Shown here: positions 40,429 to 50,806 of the stretch, one piece after another | How the letters are laid out: each line of letters begins with the position of its first letter | Numbering within the stretch: the stretch's first letter is position 1 | Origin: Candidatus Poribacteria bacterium | GTDB lineage: Bacteria > Poribacteria > WGA-4E > WGA-3G | Reading direction: 5' to 3' | Assembly: GCA_964291315.2 (NCBI GenBank) | Contig: OZ219753.1 | Span: 1,504,001 to 1,568,000 of the forward strand | DNA length: 64,000 bases | Notes under the pieces: generated by a model | Told to the model about the DNA's origin: nothing | Seen by the model: the letters and a program-made list of their open reading frames with translations, nothing else | Database searches by the model: none | Program-made: the position numbers and the translations under genes

Positions 40429-41937
40429 CTACCTTTTCCAAAAGTTTGGTGAAAAAAGAATGAGTACTGTGTAAAGTTCCAACCGCCCTAGTAACATACA
40501 GAAGGAAAGCACGTATTTTCCAGCGGTGTGAATGTGGGCGTAGTTATCGGTAGGGCCTACACTGCCGAGCCCAGGACCGATGTTCCCCATTGTCGCGATT
40601 GTTGCCCCGGCGGCGCTGACAAGGTCGAGCCCTAAAGTTGTCATAATGCAAGTTACAACCGCAAAGATCCCGATAAAGAAGAAAAAGAAACCGAGGATAT
40701 TTGTCATCACTTCGGAGGGAACGACTCGGTCGTTGATGTGGATAGGCAGCACCGCATGTGGAAAGATGAGGCGTTTGATTTCGGCCCCGCTCTGTTTGAT
40801 AAGAAGCAGAAAACGGATCTGTTTCATACCACCCCCTGTTGAACCCGCACATCCGCCGTAGAACATGAGTGTCACTAAAATGAACTGAGAGAGCCCGGGC
40901 CACTTTTCAAAATCGGCGGTCCCGTATCCCGTAGTTGTGATAATTGCGATCACCTGAAATGTAGCATAGCGCAGAGATGTCCACATGGAATCATACGGTA
41001 TGTCCCCATTTACCTGAAACCGAATGGTATTCCAACAGATTAAGGTAATACTCACAGCGATGACCGTGCAGTAGAACCTAAATTCTGTATCTCGAAAATA
41101 GGCCATGAAATCCCCTCGAAGCACCCGATAGTGAAGGGCAAAATTGGTACCCGCGAGGAACATAAAGAGGCTGATAATCATGTCAATGTAGACACTCTCA
41201 TAATGAGCGATGCTGGCGTTTTTCGTTGAGAACCCTCCGGTAGCCATTGTGCCGAAGGTGTGGCACAGGGCATCGAAGAGCGACATCCCACCAAACATCA
41301 GCAATACGGTTTCTAATAATGAGAGCAGCAGATAGACACCCCATAGGAGCTTAGCAGTCTGCGCAATGCGAGGAGTGAGCCGGTCGGTTTCCGGACCCGG
41401 TGCTTCGGCGCGAAACAACTGCATGCCCCCGATACCGAGTAGCGGGAGAATGGCAACGGCGAGAACAACGATCCCCATTCCGCCAAGCCAGTGTGAGAAG
41501 CTCCGCCAGAAGAGCATCGAGGGTGAGAGGCTTTCGATCTCTGTTAGGACGGTTGCACCGGTTGTTGAAAACCCCGCCATGGATTCAAAATAGCAGAAAG
41601 AAAACGCCACCCACGGTGAGCGTCCGGTGCTGTGAAAGACACCTGCTAAGTGGTAAGGGAGCGATCCGAAAAGCGCCACTATTACCCATCCTAGAGCCAC
41701 AACAGCGAATCCTTCACGGATGCCGAGCTCCTTCTGCGGAGATCGAAAACTGAAACGCAAGACCAGCCCGGCAATCAAGGTAATTATTAACGAGCTAATA
41801 AACGCACCCATATCGGTCTGTATGGCTTCACCGCCCCTCGTATGATAGTAGAGCCCCACAGCCAAGGGGCATAGCATCGTCCCCGCAAGACAAATAAGCA
41901 AATTACCGAGGGTGTAAAATATTAATTTAAGACTCAT
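40429..41937 (-). CDS. trkH: Trk potassium uptake membrane protein
   Basis: Filter motifs FSTTGAT, ATGGFS, TTTGY, GNIGPG; GSTGGG; LGRLE. Confidence 0.95.
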   Translation of the reverse strand: MSLKLIFYTLGNLLICLAGTMLCPLAVGLYYHTRGGEAIQTDMGAFISSLIITLIAGLVLRFSFRSPQKELGIREGFAVVALGWVIVALFGSLPYHLAGVFHSTGRSPWVAFSFCYFESMAGFSTTGATVLTEIESLSPSMLFWRSFSHWLGGMGIVVLAVAILPLLGIGGMQLFRAEAPGPETDRLTPRIAQTAKLLWGVYLLLSLLETVLLMFGGMSLFDALCHTFGTMATGGFSTKNASIAHYESVYIDMIISLFMFLAGTNFALHYRVLRGDFMAYFRDTEFRFYCTVIAVSITLICWNTIRFQVNGDIPYDSMWTSLRYATFQVIAIITTTGYGTADFEKWPGLSQFILVTLMFYGGCAGSTGGGMKQIRFLLLIKQSGAEIKRLIFPHAVLPIHINDRVVPSEVMTNILGFFFFFIGIFAVVTCIMTTLGLDLVSAAGATIATMGNIGPGLGSVGPTDNYAHIHTAGKYVLSFCMLLGRLELYTVLILFSPNFWKR

Positions 41938-41969
41938 AACATGGAAGAAACGTCAAATGATATGTGCTT

Positions 41970-43376
41970 TTAATCTCTGCGCTCTGCGAATAAATCTTCA
42001 ACAACAGGAATCGCCCCCGGCATACTAAAGACAATAACGCGGTCTGTCGGTTGTATAACAGATTGTTCTGTCGGAATAATGAGTCTATCCCGACGGATGA
42101 TTGCACCGATAAAAGCGTTTTTCGGGAATTTTCTTTTAAAAGACGCGAGCTCTTTATGCGTAATTTTCGAGTTAACCCCGGCAACGATCTCAATGACCTC
42201 CGCGTCTATCGTATGAAGTGATGCCACGGAGACGATCTGGCCGCGTCGGATAAGTCGAAGAATATTGCTGACGACAGTCAGGTGACGACTGACTGCACCG
42301 TCAAGTCTAGGGATACGTGCTAAGAGCGGGAGGTAGTGCGGCTGCTGGACAAGGGCAAGCACACGCTCTGCCCCGTTTTCTTTCGCTGTCATACAGGCCA
42401 TAATATCGTTTTCATCGTCACCTGTGACCGAAATGAATCCATCGACCCCCTCTACCCCTGCTTCTGTGAGCAGCCTAAATTGGAGATAATTACCTTGTAA
42501 AACCGTAGAACGTCTTAGCACTTCGGACGCTAAGGCGGCCTTGGTTTCATCGGCTTCGATCAGCTTAACGTTGGTGCCTCTCTTTTCCAGTGCGCGCGCC
42601 AATTCGATACCGATGGGGCTCGCGCCTACAATAATAACACGGTTGAGCTGTAGGTTAAAGGTGATCCCGCTGATGCGCAACAATTGTTCGACGGCTAACG
42701 CGCTGCCGATGACAAATGCCTCGTCGCCTTGTTGCAGAGCATCAGTCCCTTTCGGAATAATAGTCTGTCTGCTGCCGTTGTTTGTGGGTTCTCCATCATT
42801 GGCGTGTCCCTGTCGGCTAATGGCAGCAAACCGGATATCCGTGAGAAGCCCGTTTGCGTCTAAGCGCGCGAACGATTTGCCTATCAGCGGGTTTGACTGT
42901 TTGATTCGAAAAGAGACAAATCGTACTTTGCCGTCCTCAAAATCAACAATCTCTCGGGCTTCGGGAATCTGCAAGAGTCGAACAAATTCAGCTACACACA
43001 ATTCCTCAGGATTTACTATAAGGTCGATTCCGAAGTCTTTCGGTGTTAAGTCGCTTTCGGTGGCGAAATAGTCCGGATTTGAGACGCGCGCAATTTTGGT
43101 GCTTACCTTATACCTATCGGCTATCTGACAGGCGAGCATATTAATTTCATCGTTATTTGTGACGGCGATGAACAGATTCGCATCATCAATGCCAGCAGTT
43201 TTAAGAAGTTGTGGTGAAGTGCCTGACCCACATAGCATCTGCAAATCTAACTGTTCATTAACGCGGTGGCAGGCGGCATCAGATTCGTCTATAAGAATAA
43301 CATCGTTATCCTGAGCCGTGAGAAGCTTGGCGATATGAAAGCCAACTTCCCCGGCACCTATAATTATTGCTTTCAT
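41970..43376 (-). CDS. trkA: Trk potassium uptake NAD-binding regulatory subunit
   Basis: Two RCK units, IIGAGEVG, VTNNDEIN, VTGDDEND. Confidence 0.93.
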   Translation of the reverse strand: MKAIIIGAGEVGFHIAKLLTAQDNDVILIDESDAACHRVNEQLDLQMLCGSGTSPQLLKTAGIDDANLFIAVTNNDEINMLACQIADRYKVSTKIARVSNPDYFATESDLTPKDFGIDLIVNPEELCVAEFVRLLQIPEAREIVDFEDGKVRFVSFRIKQSNPLIGKSFARLDANGLLTDIRFAAISRQGHANDGEPTNNGSRQTIIPKGTDALQQGDEAFVIGSALAVEQLLRISGITFNLQLNRVIIVGASPIGIELARALEKRGTNVKLIEADETKAALASEVLRRSTVLQGNYLQFRLLTEAGVEGVDGFISVTGDDENDIMACMTAKENGAERVLALVQQPHYLPLLARIPRLDGAVSRHLTVVSNILRLIRRGQIVSVASLHTIDAEVIEIVAGVNSKITHKELASFKRKFPKNAFIGAIIRRDRLIIPTEQSVIQPTDRVIVFSMPGAIPVVEDLFAERRD

Positions 43377-43623
43377 TAATATATATACTTATTTTCTAAA
43401 ATTAAACAGCAGCAAAACGAAGACGAGTGCAAAAGTCGATCCATTTCCCTCTTCCATCCGAAGTTACGGTAGATATTCTGCTAAATCGATGGCAATTTTC
43501 TGACATTTAATCATGCCAATTTCGCGCCTCAGCGTTTCAATGCCTTTTTTGGATTTCTCTATTCTTTTCGAAAAACTCCTTGTCTTTTCTTGAGCGGATT
43601 CGACGTTTGATAGCGGAACGGGA

Positions 43624-46476
43624 TCAGTATTCATCCAGCGGCGGGCAGGCACACATAAGGTTTCTGTCACCGTAAACTTCGTTAATTCGTGCTACAGGGG
43701 GCCAAAATTTGGCAGCGCGCACCCAGGCCTTCGGAAACGCTGCTTTTTCGCGCGAATAGGGGCTCCCCCATTCAGATTGTATAACCATTTCTGCTGTGTG
43801 CGGTGCATTTTTCAGAACATTATCTACTCGATCCGCAACGCCTGTTTCTATCTCTGCTATTTCTTCGCGTATTGAAATCAGGGCGTTACAAAAACGTTCC
43901 AATTCTGCTTTTGATTCGCTTTCTGTCGGTTCAATCATCATCGTACCCAGTACGGGCCAAGAGACAGTTGGCGCGTGGAATCCGTAGTCCATTAGGCGTT
44001 TTGCGACATCTGTTACGTCTATGTCAGCGCTCTTTTTGAAACCACGCAGATCAATGATACACTCGTGTGCGACTAAGCCCTGTTTTCCGGTATAAAGCAC
44101 CGGATAGTGCGGGGCAAGCTGCTTTGCGACATAGTTCGCGTTAAGGATCGCGACCTCTGTCGCCATTGTAAGTCCTTCCGCGCCCATCATAGAGATATAT
44201 GCCCAAGAGATAGGAAGGATACTAGGACTTCCCCACGGTGCCGCCGACACTGCCCCTATCCCTGCTTTACCGCCTATAGGCACAATCGAGTGGGTGGGTA
44301 AGAAGTCTGTCAGATGGGCTTTCACACCAATCGGTCCCATGCCCGGGCCACCGCCTCCGTGAGGTATACAGAAGGTCTTGTGGAGGTTCAGATGGCAAAC
44401 ATCTGCTCCGATATCTGCGGGGTATGCTATGCCAACAAGGGCGTTCAGATTTGCACCATCCATATAGACCTGGCCACCTGATTGGTGAACAATGTTGCAA
44501 ACCTCGCGAATCTTCTCTTCAAAAACGCCGTGCGTTGATGGATACGTAATCATTGCCGCGGCGAGGGCGTCTCGATGTATATCTGCTTTTGCCCGGAGAT
44601 CCTCAATATCTATATTCCCTTCCGTGTCACACGCGACGACCACGATCTGCATGCCCGCCATAACCGCACTCGCTGGGTTTGTGCCGTGAGCGGAAGTCGG
44701 TATTAAGCAGACATTGCGATGAGCTTCGTTCCGACTCTGATGGTATCTGCGGATCACTAACAGGCCCGCATATTCACCTTGTGAACCCGCGTTCGGTTGC
44801 AATGAGATACCGCTGTAACCTGTTATCTCGGCTAACCATGTCTCAAGTTGTGAAAACAGATGTTGGTAACCCTCCGTTTGTTCGAGCGGCGCGAACGGGT
44901 GAAGTTCCGCGAACTCAGGCCAGGTCACCGGAATCATCTCTGCGGTAGCGTTGAGTTTCATCGTACAAGAACCGAGCGGAATCATTCCATTCACAAGCGA
45001 AAGGTCCTTCGCTTGGAGTTTGTGAATATAACGAAGCATCTCGGTTTCAGAATGATAGGTGTTGAAAACAGGATGTGTCAGATACGGGCTTTTACGTTGT
45101 AAATCTAACGGAATCTGACTCGTAGACAAAGTTTCCAGCCGCGTCTTGACACCAAATATTTCAAGAAGTTCTTCAACGTCTGCTGCAGTGCTTGTTTCAT
45201 CTAAGGAGATACCGATGTGTGTTGTATCTATTGCCCGCAGGTTGATCCGTCTCGCATGCGCGGCAGTCATTATATCCGCTGTTGTTTCTGCCTGAACGCG
45301 AACGGAAAGGGTATCAAAAACCGGGGATTCGCCCGTAGCGTGGCCAATTTCTTCAAGTCTAGCACGTAGCCTACAGGTGAGCAAATGGATCCGCTCCGCA
45401 ATTTGCTGAAGCCCTCTCGGACCATGGTAGACCGCATACATCCCCGCCATGACAGCAAGGAGCACCTGCGCCGTGCAGATATTGCTCGTGGCTTTTTCAC
45501 GGCGGATATGCTGTTCCCGCGTTTGAAGGGCCAAACGGATCGCCGGTTGCCCCAATGTATCTTGAGAGACACCTGCAATTCGTCCGGGGATCTGCCGTTT
45601 AAGTGCATCCCGGGCGGAGAGAAATGCGGCGTGCGGTCCCCCATAACCGAGCGGCACCCCAAAGCGTTGTGCGCTGCCGATAGCGATGTCCGCTCCAAAC
45701 TCCCCAGGGGGACGCAACAATGTTAATGCTAACAGGTCCGTTGCCGTAATCAACAGGCCTCCAGCGGCGTGTACCTCTTCAGCGAATCCGCTATAATCGT
45801 GAATCGCGCCGTCAGTGGCAGGATATTGCACGATGCCCCCTAAAATTGGGGTAGTCAAGCTCGCTGTTTGAGGATCACCGATACATAACCGGATGCCCAG
45901 AGGTTCAGCACGAGTCTGTAAAACTGAGATGGTTTGTGGATGGCAGGTTTTTGAGACAAAAAAATCGCGACACGTTTTCTGCTTAGTGTGGGCGAGACAC
46001 ATCCCCATTGCTTCAGCAGCCGCAGTCGCCTCGTCTAACAGAGAAGCGTTTGCAATAGGTAAACCTGTTAAGTCAATAACCATTGTTTGAAAGTTGAGCA
46101 GCGCTTCCAAACGTCCTTGTGAAATCTCTGCTTGATACGGAGTGTATTGTGTATACCAGCCTGGGTTTTCCAAAATATTTCGTTGGATTACGGAGGGGAC
46201 GGTGCAGTTATAGTACCCCATGCCGATGAAGGATCGGAAAACATCGTTTTCAGCCGCCAGCGCTTTGAGCGCGGAAAGTGCCTCCGCTTCTGATAGAACG
46301 CTTGTATCGCTATTTAAAGCGAAATCTGATGCCAAACGAATATCGGGCGGCACAACATCATCGATAAAATCTGCCATCGAAGAATAATTGAGCGTTACCA
46401 ACATCTGTTCAATATCATCTGATCGGGGTCCGATGTGTCGAGATGCGAAGGGTGTGATGTTGTTTTTTTCAGACAT
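43624..46476 (-). CDS. gcvP: Glycine dehydrogenase (decarboxylating), single-chain P protein
   Basis: [43 protein letters not shown]; start MSEK at 46476. Confidence 0.97.
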   Translation of the reverse strand: MSEKNNITPFASRHIGPRSDDIEQMLVTLNYSSMADFIDDVVPPDIRLASDFALNSDTSVLSEAEALSALKALAAENDVFRSFIGMGYYNCTVPSVIQRNILENPGWYTQYTPYQAEISQGRLEALLNFQTMVIDLTGLPIANASLLDEATAAAEAMGMCLAHTKQKTCRDFFVSKTCHPQTISVLQTRAEPLGIRLCIGDPQTASLTTPILGGIVQYPATDGAIHDYSGFAEEVHAAGGLLITATDLLALTLLRPPGEFGADIAIGSAQRFGVPLGYGGPHAAFLSARDALKRQIPGRIAGVSQDTLGQPAIRLALQTREQHIRREKATSNICTAQVLLAVMAGMYAVYHGPRGLQQIAERIHLLTCRLRARLEEIGHATGESPVFDTLSVRVQAETTADIMTAAHARRINLRAIDTTHIGISLDETSTAADVEELLEIFGVKTRLETLSTSQIPLDLQRKSPYLTHPVFNTYHSETEMLRYIHKLQAKDLSLVNGMIPLGSCTMKLNATAEMIPVTWPEFAELHPFAPLEQTEGYQHLFSQLETWLAEITGYSGISLQPNAGSQGEYAGLLVIRRYHQSRNEAHRNVCLIPTSAHGTNPASAVMAGMQIVVVACDTEGNIDIEDLRAKADIHRDALAAAMITYPSTHGVFEEKIREVCNIVHQSGGQVYMDGANLNALVGIAYPADIGADVCHLNLHKTFCIPHGGGGPGMGPIGVKAHLTDFLPTHSIVPIGGKAGIGAVSAAPWGSPSILPISWAYISMMGAEGLTMATEVAILNANYVAKQLAPHYPVLYTGKQGLVAHECIIDLRGFKKSADIDVTDVAKRLMDYGFHAPTVSWPVLGTMMIEPTESESKAELERFCNALISIREEIAEIETGVADRVDNVLKNAPHTAEMVIQSEWGSPYSREKAAFPKAWVRAAKFWPPVARINEVYGDRNLMCACPPLDEY

Positions 46477-46855
46477 CTTCCGCCTCAATATGTGCTTGAT
46501 ACCTCTCAGCATCAAGGAGTGCGTCAAGCTCCGCGGAGTCTATCATTTTGATTTTCAGCAGCCATCCGTCGGTGTAGGGCGATTCGTTCACCTGTTCTGG
46601 GGCATCAAGGAGTGATTCATTCACTGCGAGGACTTCACCGCTAACGGGCGCATAGAGGTCAAACGCTGCTTTAACAGATTCTATGACTCCGAACTCCGTT
46701 TTTTGTGTAAGGTCACTGCCGACTTCCGGCAACTCAACGTAGACGATATCTTGAATTTCCGATTGCGCGTAATCAGTGATACCGATAGTGACGATGTCAC
46801 CGTCCCTCTTTGCCCATTCATGGCTTTCCATATATTTTAGGTTTTCTGGAATCAT
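46469..46855 (-). CDS. gcvH: Glycine cleavage system H protein
   Basis: SHEW, GITDYAQ, lipoyl motif IESVKAA, VNESPY..GW. Confidence 0.95.
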   Translation of the reverse strand: MIPENLKYMESHEWAKRDGDIVTIGITDYAQSEIQDIVYVELPEVGSDLTQKTEFGVIESVKAAFDLYAPVSGEVLAVNESLLDAPEQVNESPYTDGWLLKIKMIDSAELDALLDAERYQAHIEAEDV

Positions 46856-46881
46856 GTGCTTTCTCCATGTAAATATAATGT

Positions 46882-47949
46882 CTACGAACGTAGTAGAGGC
46901 CTCTCTGTGTCCGTACAATGCCGCTCCATTTTATGAACTTCTTGGATGTTTGTCGGGTATCCGTGTATTTGGTAGTCTTTTGAGGGTTGCAGTCCGTGCC
47001 TGTCAGCGAGTCTGCGGCGTGTTGTGTCAAGTGAGAGCAGTGTAAGATCAATCCCTATCCAGGGCCGGTTGAGGGTGTGTGCTGCATCTATTGTGGTGCC
47101 ACAACCGACAAAAGGGTCCATAACGAGATCGCCTTCATTGCTCGAGGCTTGTATCATGCGTTCGTAAAGGATAATAGGTTTCTGTGTCGCATAGCCGAGA
47201 CGTTCTTTAGAGGTTCTGCCGACCATATCCACTTCCCAAACATCGCGCATAGATGCCATCGTGTACCAACGGCCTTCTTTATCTTGAAATTCGTTAATAC
47301 CTTCAAAACGATAAGGCTTGAAGTTCCGATTGTATGACTTTTCCTTCTGAATATTAAAGGTATGTCTGTTCCTAAAATTTCGGGTGTAGAAGAGAATTAC
47401 ATCGTGCTTACGCGCAAACCAATTTTTGCTGATGCCCCCTGAGCGGTATGACCATACAATCTCATTCCGAAAGTGCTCATTTTTCTTTCGATTGTTCTGA
47501 TCCCAAATTGCGTCCATTATGCCTTTAAGGTAGTGGCTTGCGGTGGGATCGCAGTGTAGGTAAATACTGCCGGTCTCTTTGAGGAGCCGGTGCATCTCTG
47601 CGAGGCGCGGCCCCATAAACGCGAGGTATGCTCGCATCGCGCCCTTGTTGCCCGATACTGCGTTTTGTAGCACAAGATCATAGCCTTTGAGGCAGACATC
47701 CAGTGCTTTGTAGGTGTCGCTGGTGCGTGCCATTCTTTCAATGTCAGTGCGTGTGTCTTGTGCCGGGGTGTCCCAGGTCCAAGTGTCTGTAAATGCTTTA
47801 GCTTGTGCCTTGGAATCAGTAAGGAATGCATTGTAATCACGCCCGCTGTTGAAGGGCGGATCGGTACATATTAGGTCGACGTGCTGGTCGTCCATTTCTT
47901 GCATGACTTCAAGGTTGTCACCGAAGTATAGACTGTTCGGTAGGATCAT
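46882..47949 (-). CDS. Beta-class DNA methyltransferase, copy 2 (no nuclease domain)
   Basis: TDPPFNS, HCDPTASHYLK, ATQKP, MDPFVGCGTT; 355 aa from ATG 47949. Confidence 0.88.
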   Translation of the reverse strand: MILPNSLYFGDNLEVMQEMDDQHVDLICTDPPFNSGRDYNAFLTDSKAQAKAFTDTWTWDTPAQDTRTDIERMARTSDTYKALDVCLKGYDLVLQNAVSGNKGAMRAYLAFMGPRLAEMHRLLKETGSIYLHCDPTASHYLKGIMDAIWDQNNRKKNEHFRNEIVWSYRSGGISKNWFARKHDVILFYTRNFRNRHTFNIQKEKSYNRNFKPYRFEGINEFQDKEGRWYTMASMRDVWEVDMVGRTSKERLGYATQKPIILYERMIQASSNEGDLVMDPFVGCGTTIDAAHTLNRPWIGIDLTLLSLDTTRRRLADRHGLQPSKDYQIHGYPTNIQEVHKMERHCTDTERPLLRS

Positions 47950-49482
47950 TTTTCTCTCTATTAGTATGATATTTACGAGCGCATTAGAGTCATCTGTGTG
48001 TCCGTAAAGTGCCGTTCTACCTTTCGCATCGGGGCAATCCACGCGGCAGGTAAACGGATAATGTCCTTCAAGGAGCTCGGATTTTCAAAATAGGTGTCGT
48101 CTATTTGCCAGAATTGCAGGCGCGGAAATGTTTCATTGTTGTGATAAAACGTTCCCATATCAGCTGCAACCTGACGCATGCCGGCACTAACAGGTGTAAT
48201 TGTGATAAATACACCGATTGCATCGTTTTTGTTCATCACATGACAGAAGGCGCGGACTTGTGAGATCGTCGGTTTCCCGCTTTTGACTTCAGCAAGGATA
48301 CGTGTATGGGTCGTCTGCCCTTCTTCTGGGTCCCAGAGCGTGATATGTCCGACGTTTGCCTCACCATCTTTCCCACCGTCTCCCACAGATTTCGTCGGTT
48401 GAAGTCCGAGGCGTGTGACTGCCCAGTTAGAGAAGTCGTGATATTTCTTTTCATCTCGGACGAGTTTATGAACTTCTTGGATGTTTGTCGGGTATCCGTG
48501 TATTTGGTAGTCTTTTGAGGGTTGCAGTCCGTGCCTGTCAGCGAGTCTGCGGCGCATAGGGTCAAGTGATAGAAGTGTGAGATCGATCCCTATCCAGGGC
48601 CGGTTGAGGGTGTGCGCTGCATCTATTGTGGTGCCGCACCCGGCGAAGGGATCCATGACGAGATCGCCTTCGTTGCTTGAGGCTTGTATCATGCGTTCGT
48701 AAAGTGCCCGCGGCTTTTGCGTCGGATAGTCGAGCCGTTCTTTTGCCATGGAATTCAGTGAGGGGATGTCTTTCCACCAATCGTTAGGGATCATTCCTTC
48801 GTCAGGGTAGTAATATCTTTTTTTCCCCGCATCAACACGGATCCGACACTTCCTGCCTTGATTATCTACCTGCCGATAATGGCTTGCCAGATATTCTTCA
48901 CTAATAGGCATTTTGTAACTTCCCCAAAATGCTTTGTCAGTTTTCGTATAAAGCAAAAGAGTGTCGTGTTTTTTGGAAAAGAAACGTTTAGGGCGACCAC
49001 TGTTAGAGTATCCCCAAGCAATCTCATTTCTATAATTCTCTATATCAAAAATTGCGTCCATTACGCCTTTAAGGTAGTGGCTTGCGGTGGGATCGCAGTG
49101 TAGGTAAATACTGCCGGTCTCTTTGAGGAGCCGGTGCATCTCTGCGAGGCGCGGCCCCATAAACGCGAGGTATGCTCGCATCGCGCCTTTGTTGCCCGAT
49201 ACTGCGTTTTGTAACACAAGGTCGTAACCCTTGAGGCAGACATCCAATGCTTTGTAGGTGTCGCTGGTGCGCGCCATTCTTTCAATGTCAGTGCGCGTGT
49301 CTTGTGCCGGGGTGTCCCAGGTCCAAGTGTCTGTAAATGCTTTAGCTTGTGCCTTGGAATCAGTAAGGAATGCATTGTAATCACGCCCGCTGTTGAAGGG
49401 CGGATCGGTACATATTAGGTCGACGTGCTGGTCGTCCATTTCTTGCATGACTTCAAGGTTATCACCGAAGTATAGACTGTTC
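46930..49482. repeat. Two pairs of direct repeats from the MTase duplication
   Basis: 47505-47938 vs 49049-49482 (434 bp, about 11 mismatches by eye); 46930-47208 vs 48465-48743 (highly similar). Confidence 0.92.
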
Positions 49483-49484
49483 AT
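47973..49484 (-). CDS. Beta-class DNA methyltransferase fused to an Mrr-like restriction endonuclease, copy 1
   Basis: TDPPFNS, PTQKP, MDPFAGCGTT; C-terminal GDGGKDG..AEVKSG..GVFIT. Confidence 0.88.
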   Translation of the reverse strand: MNSLYFGDNLEVMQEMDDQHVDLICTDPPFNSGRDYNAFLTDSKAQAKAFTDTWTWDTPAQDTRTDIERMARTSDTYKALDVCLKGYDLVLQNAVSGNKGAMRAYLAFMGPRLAEMHRLLKETGSIYLHCDPTASHYLKGVMDAIFDIENYRNEIAWGYSNSGRPKRFFSKKHDTLLLYTKTDKAFWGSYKMPISEEYLASHYRQVDNQGRKCRIRVDAGKKRYYYPDEGMIPNDWWKDIPSLNSMAKERLDYPTQKPRALYERMIQASSNEGDLVMDPFAGCGTTIDAAHTLNRPWIGIDLTLLSLDPMRRRLADRHGLQPSKDYQIHGYPTNIQEVHKLVRDEKKYHDFSNWAVTRLGLQPTKSVGDGGKDGEANVGHITLWDPEEGQTTHTRILAEVKSGKPTISQVRAFCHVMNKNDAIGVFITITPVSAGMRQVAADMGTFYHNNETFPRLQFWQIDDTYFENPSSLKDIIRLPAAWIAPMRKVERHFTDTQMTLMRS

Positions 49485-49520
49485 CTGCTAATCTTTATTA
49501 TACAGTTTGACTTTCAGGGT

Positions 49521-50597
49521 TTAGATAAAAGGGACGTTTACAATTTTAGCCGGATGTATCCTATCCCGAATTTCTATGTCAATTTCTCCATCGTCAGGCA
49601 TTAACTGCGCTGTTACGGCCGCAAGGCCGATATTGCGTTTCAGACTTGGGGAGGGTGCGCCGCTTGTCACGTTCCCTATCTGTTTACCGTCCCGGTAGAC
49701 GGCATAACCGGTGCGCGCGACAGCACGGTCAAGCATCTGAAATCCTATCAACTGCCTTACAGGGCCCTTTCGTCTCTGTGTGACGAGTGCGTTCTTGCCG
49801 ATAAATTTGCGGTTCTTGAACTTGACAAATTTACCTAACCCGACTTCAAATGGATTTGTATCGGTATTCATATCTACGTCGTAAAGGCGGAGACCAGCTT
49901 CAAGACGCAACGTATCGCGCGCACCGAGTCCTACAGGCTGACCTTCTGCTTCTATTACAGCAGGATAGAGCACTTCCCATAAATCTTTTGCTCTCCTTGC
50001 GTTAACGTACAACTCAAAACCGTTTTCGCCGGTATACCCGGTTCGTGAAATTAGCGTAGGTATCTCGTCAACCTCGGCTACAACAAAACCGAAAAATGGA
50101 ATTTCAGAAACATCGTGTTCAGTAACAAAAGCGTTTAGAATATTTATTGATTTTGGACCTTGCAATGCAATAAGGGCAGTGTTATCGCTTTGGTCTGCTA
50201 TTTCTGCAGCCATACTGTTTTGGGTTTCTATCCATGCCATATCTTTTTCGATATTAGCAGCGTTGACAACCAACATATAGTGGTTATCCGCGTATCGGTA
50301 AATAAGAAGGTCATCAATTATGCCGCCTGTTTTGTTGCAAAAAAGAGTGTACAGCACACGTCCATCCGTTAAACGCCCGGCATCGTTTGTGCTGAGTTTT
50401 TGTACCAATTCATTCGCCCCATGCCCGCGAATATCAATTTCTCCCATGTGTGACAGATCGAACAACCCAGCAGCCGATCGTACGGCAAGATGTTCTTTAA
50501 CGATGCTGCTGTATTGGAGCGGCATTTCCCACCCACCGAATTCGGTGAATTTGGCGCTGAGATACTTATGGACTCGGTAAAGCGGTGTTTTTTTCAT
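49521..50597 (-). CDS. gcvT: Glycine cleavage system aminomethyltransferase T
   Basis: KTPL, FGGWEMP, FDLSHMG, SRTGYTGE.GFE, GLGARDTLRLEAG. Confidence 0.97.
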   Translation of the reverse strand: MKKTPLYRVHKYLSAKFTEFGGWEMPLQYSSIVKEHLAVRSAAGLFDLSHMGEIDIRGHGANELVQKLSTNDAGRLTDGRVLYTLFCNKTGGIIDDLLIYRYADNHYMLVVNAANIEKDMAWIETQNSMAAEIADQSDNTALIALQGPKSINILNAFVTEHDVSEIPFFGFVVAEVDEIPTLISRTGYTGENGFELYVNARRAKDLWEVLYPAVIEAEGQPVGLGARDTLRLEAGLRLYDVDMNTDTNPFEVGLGKFVKFKNRKFIGKNALVTQRRKGPVRQLIGFQMLDRAVARTGYAVYRDGKQIGNVTSGAPSPSLKRNIGLAAVTAQLMPDDGEIDIEIRDRIHPAKIVNVPFI

Positions 50598-50631
50598 GTT
50601 TTGCCGTTAAAGAGGCGTGGGCTCAACGTTT

Positions 50632-50784
50632 TTAAAGCCTATAGATGCATGCAAGATTCCCACCAAAAATCAGTGCTTCTGCGTCATCGCCAAGCTCCAA
50701 TCGCTTAAGGGCGTTAATAACCTGAATTGGACGGTATTCGGGCAAATTAGAGCCTAGGATATCTACTTCAAAATTGTCTTTCAT
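50632..50784 (-). pseudogene. 50-aa ORF resembling the C-terminal end of an amidohydrolase_2 protein
   Basis: GAGG RBS; ILGSNLP..LELGDDAEALIFGGNLACIYRL resembles the lfGSDyP..ifggNAarly terminus. Confidence 0.45.
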
Positions 50785-50806
50785 GAGCAAGTTTCCTCTT
50801 AGGCGG

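Noticed and set aside
46930-49482. Diversity-generating retroelement TR/VR pair
   Set aside because: No reverse transcriptase in the window; mismatches are mostly synonymous transitions, not adenine-specific
50598-50806. Glycine riboswitch upstream of gcvT
   Set aside because: No GGAGA/CCGAAG/CTCTCAGG aptamer motifs found
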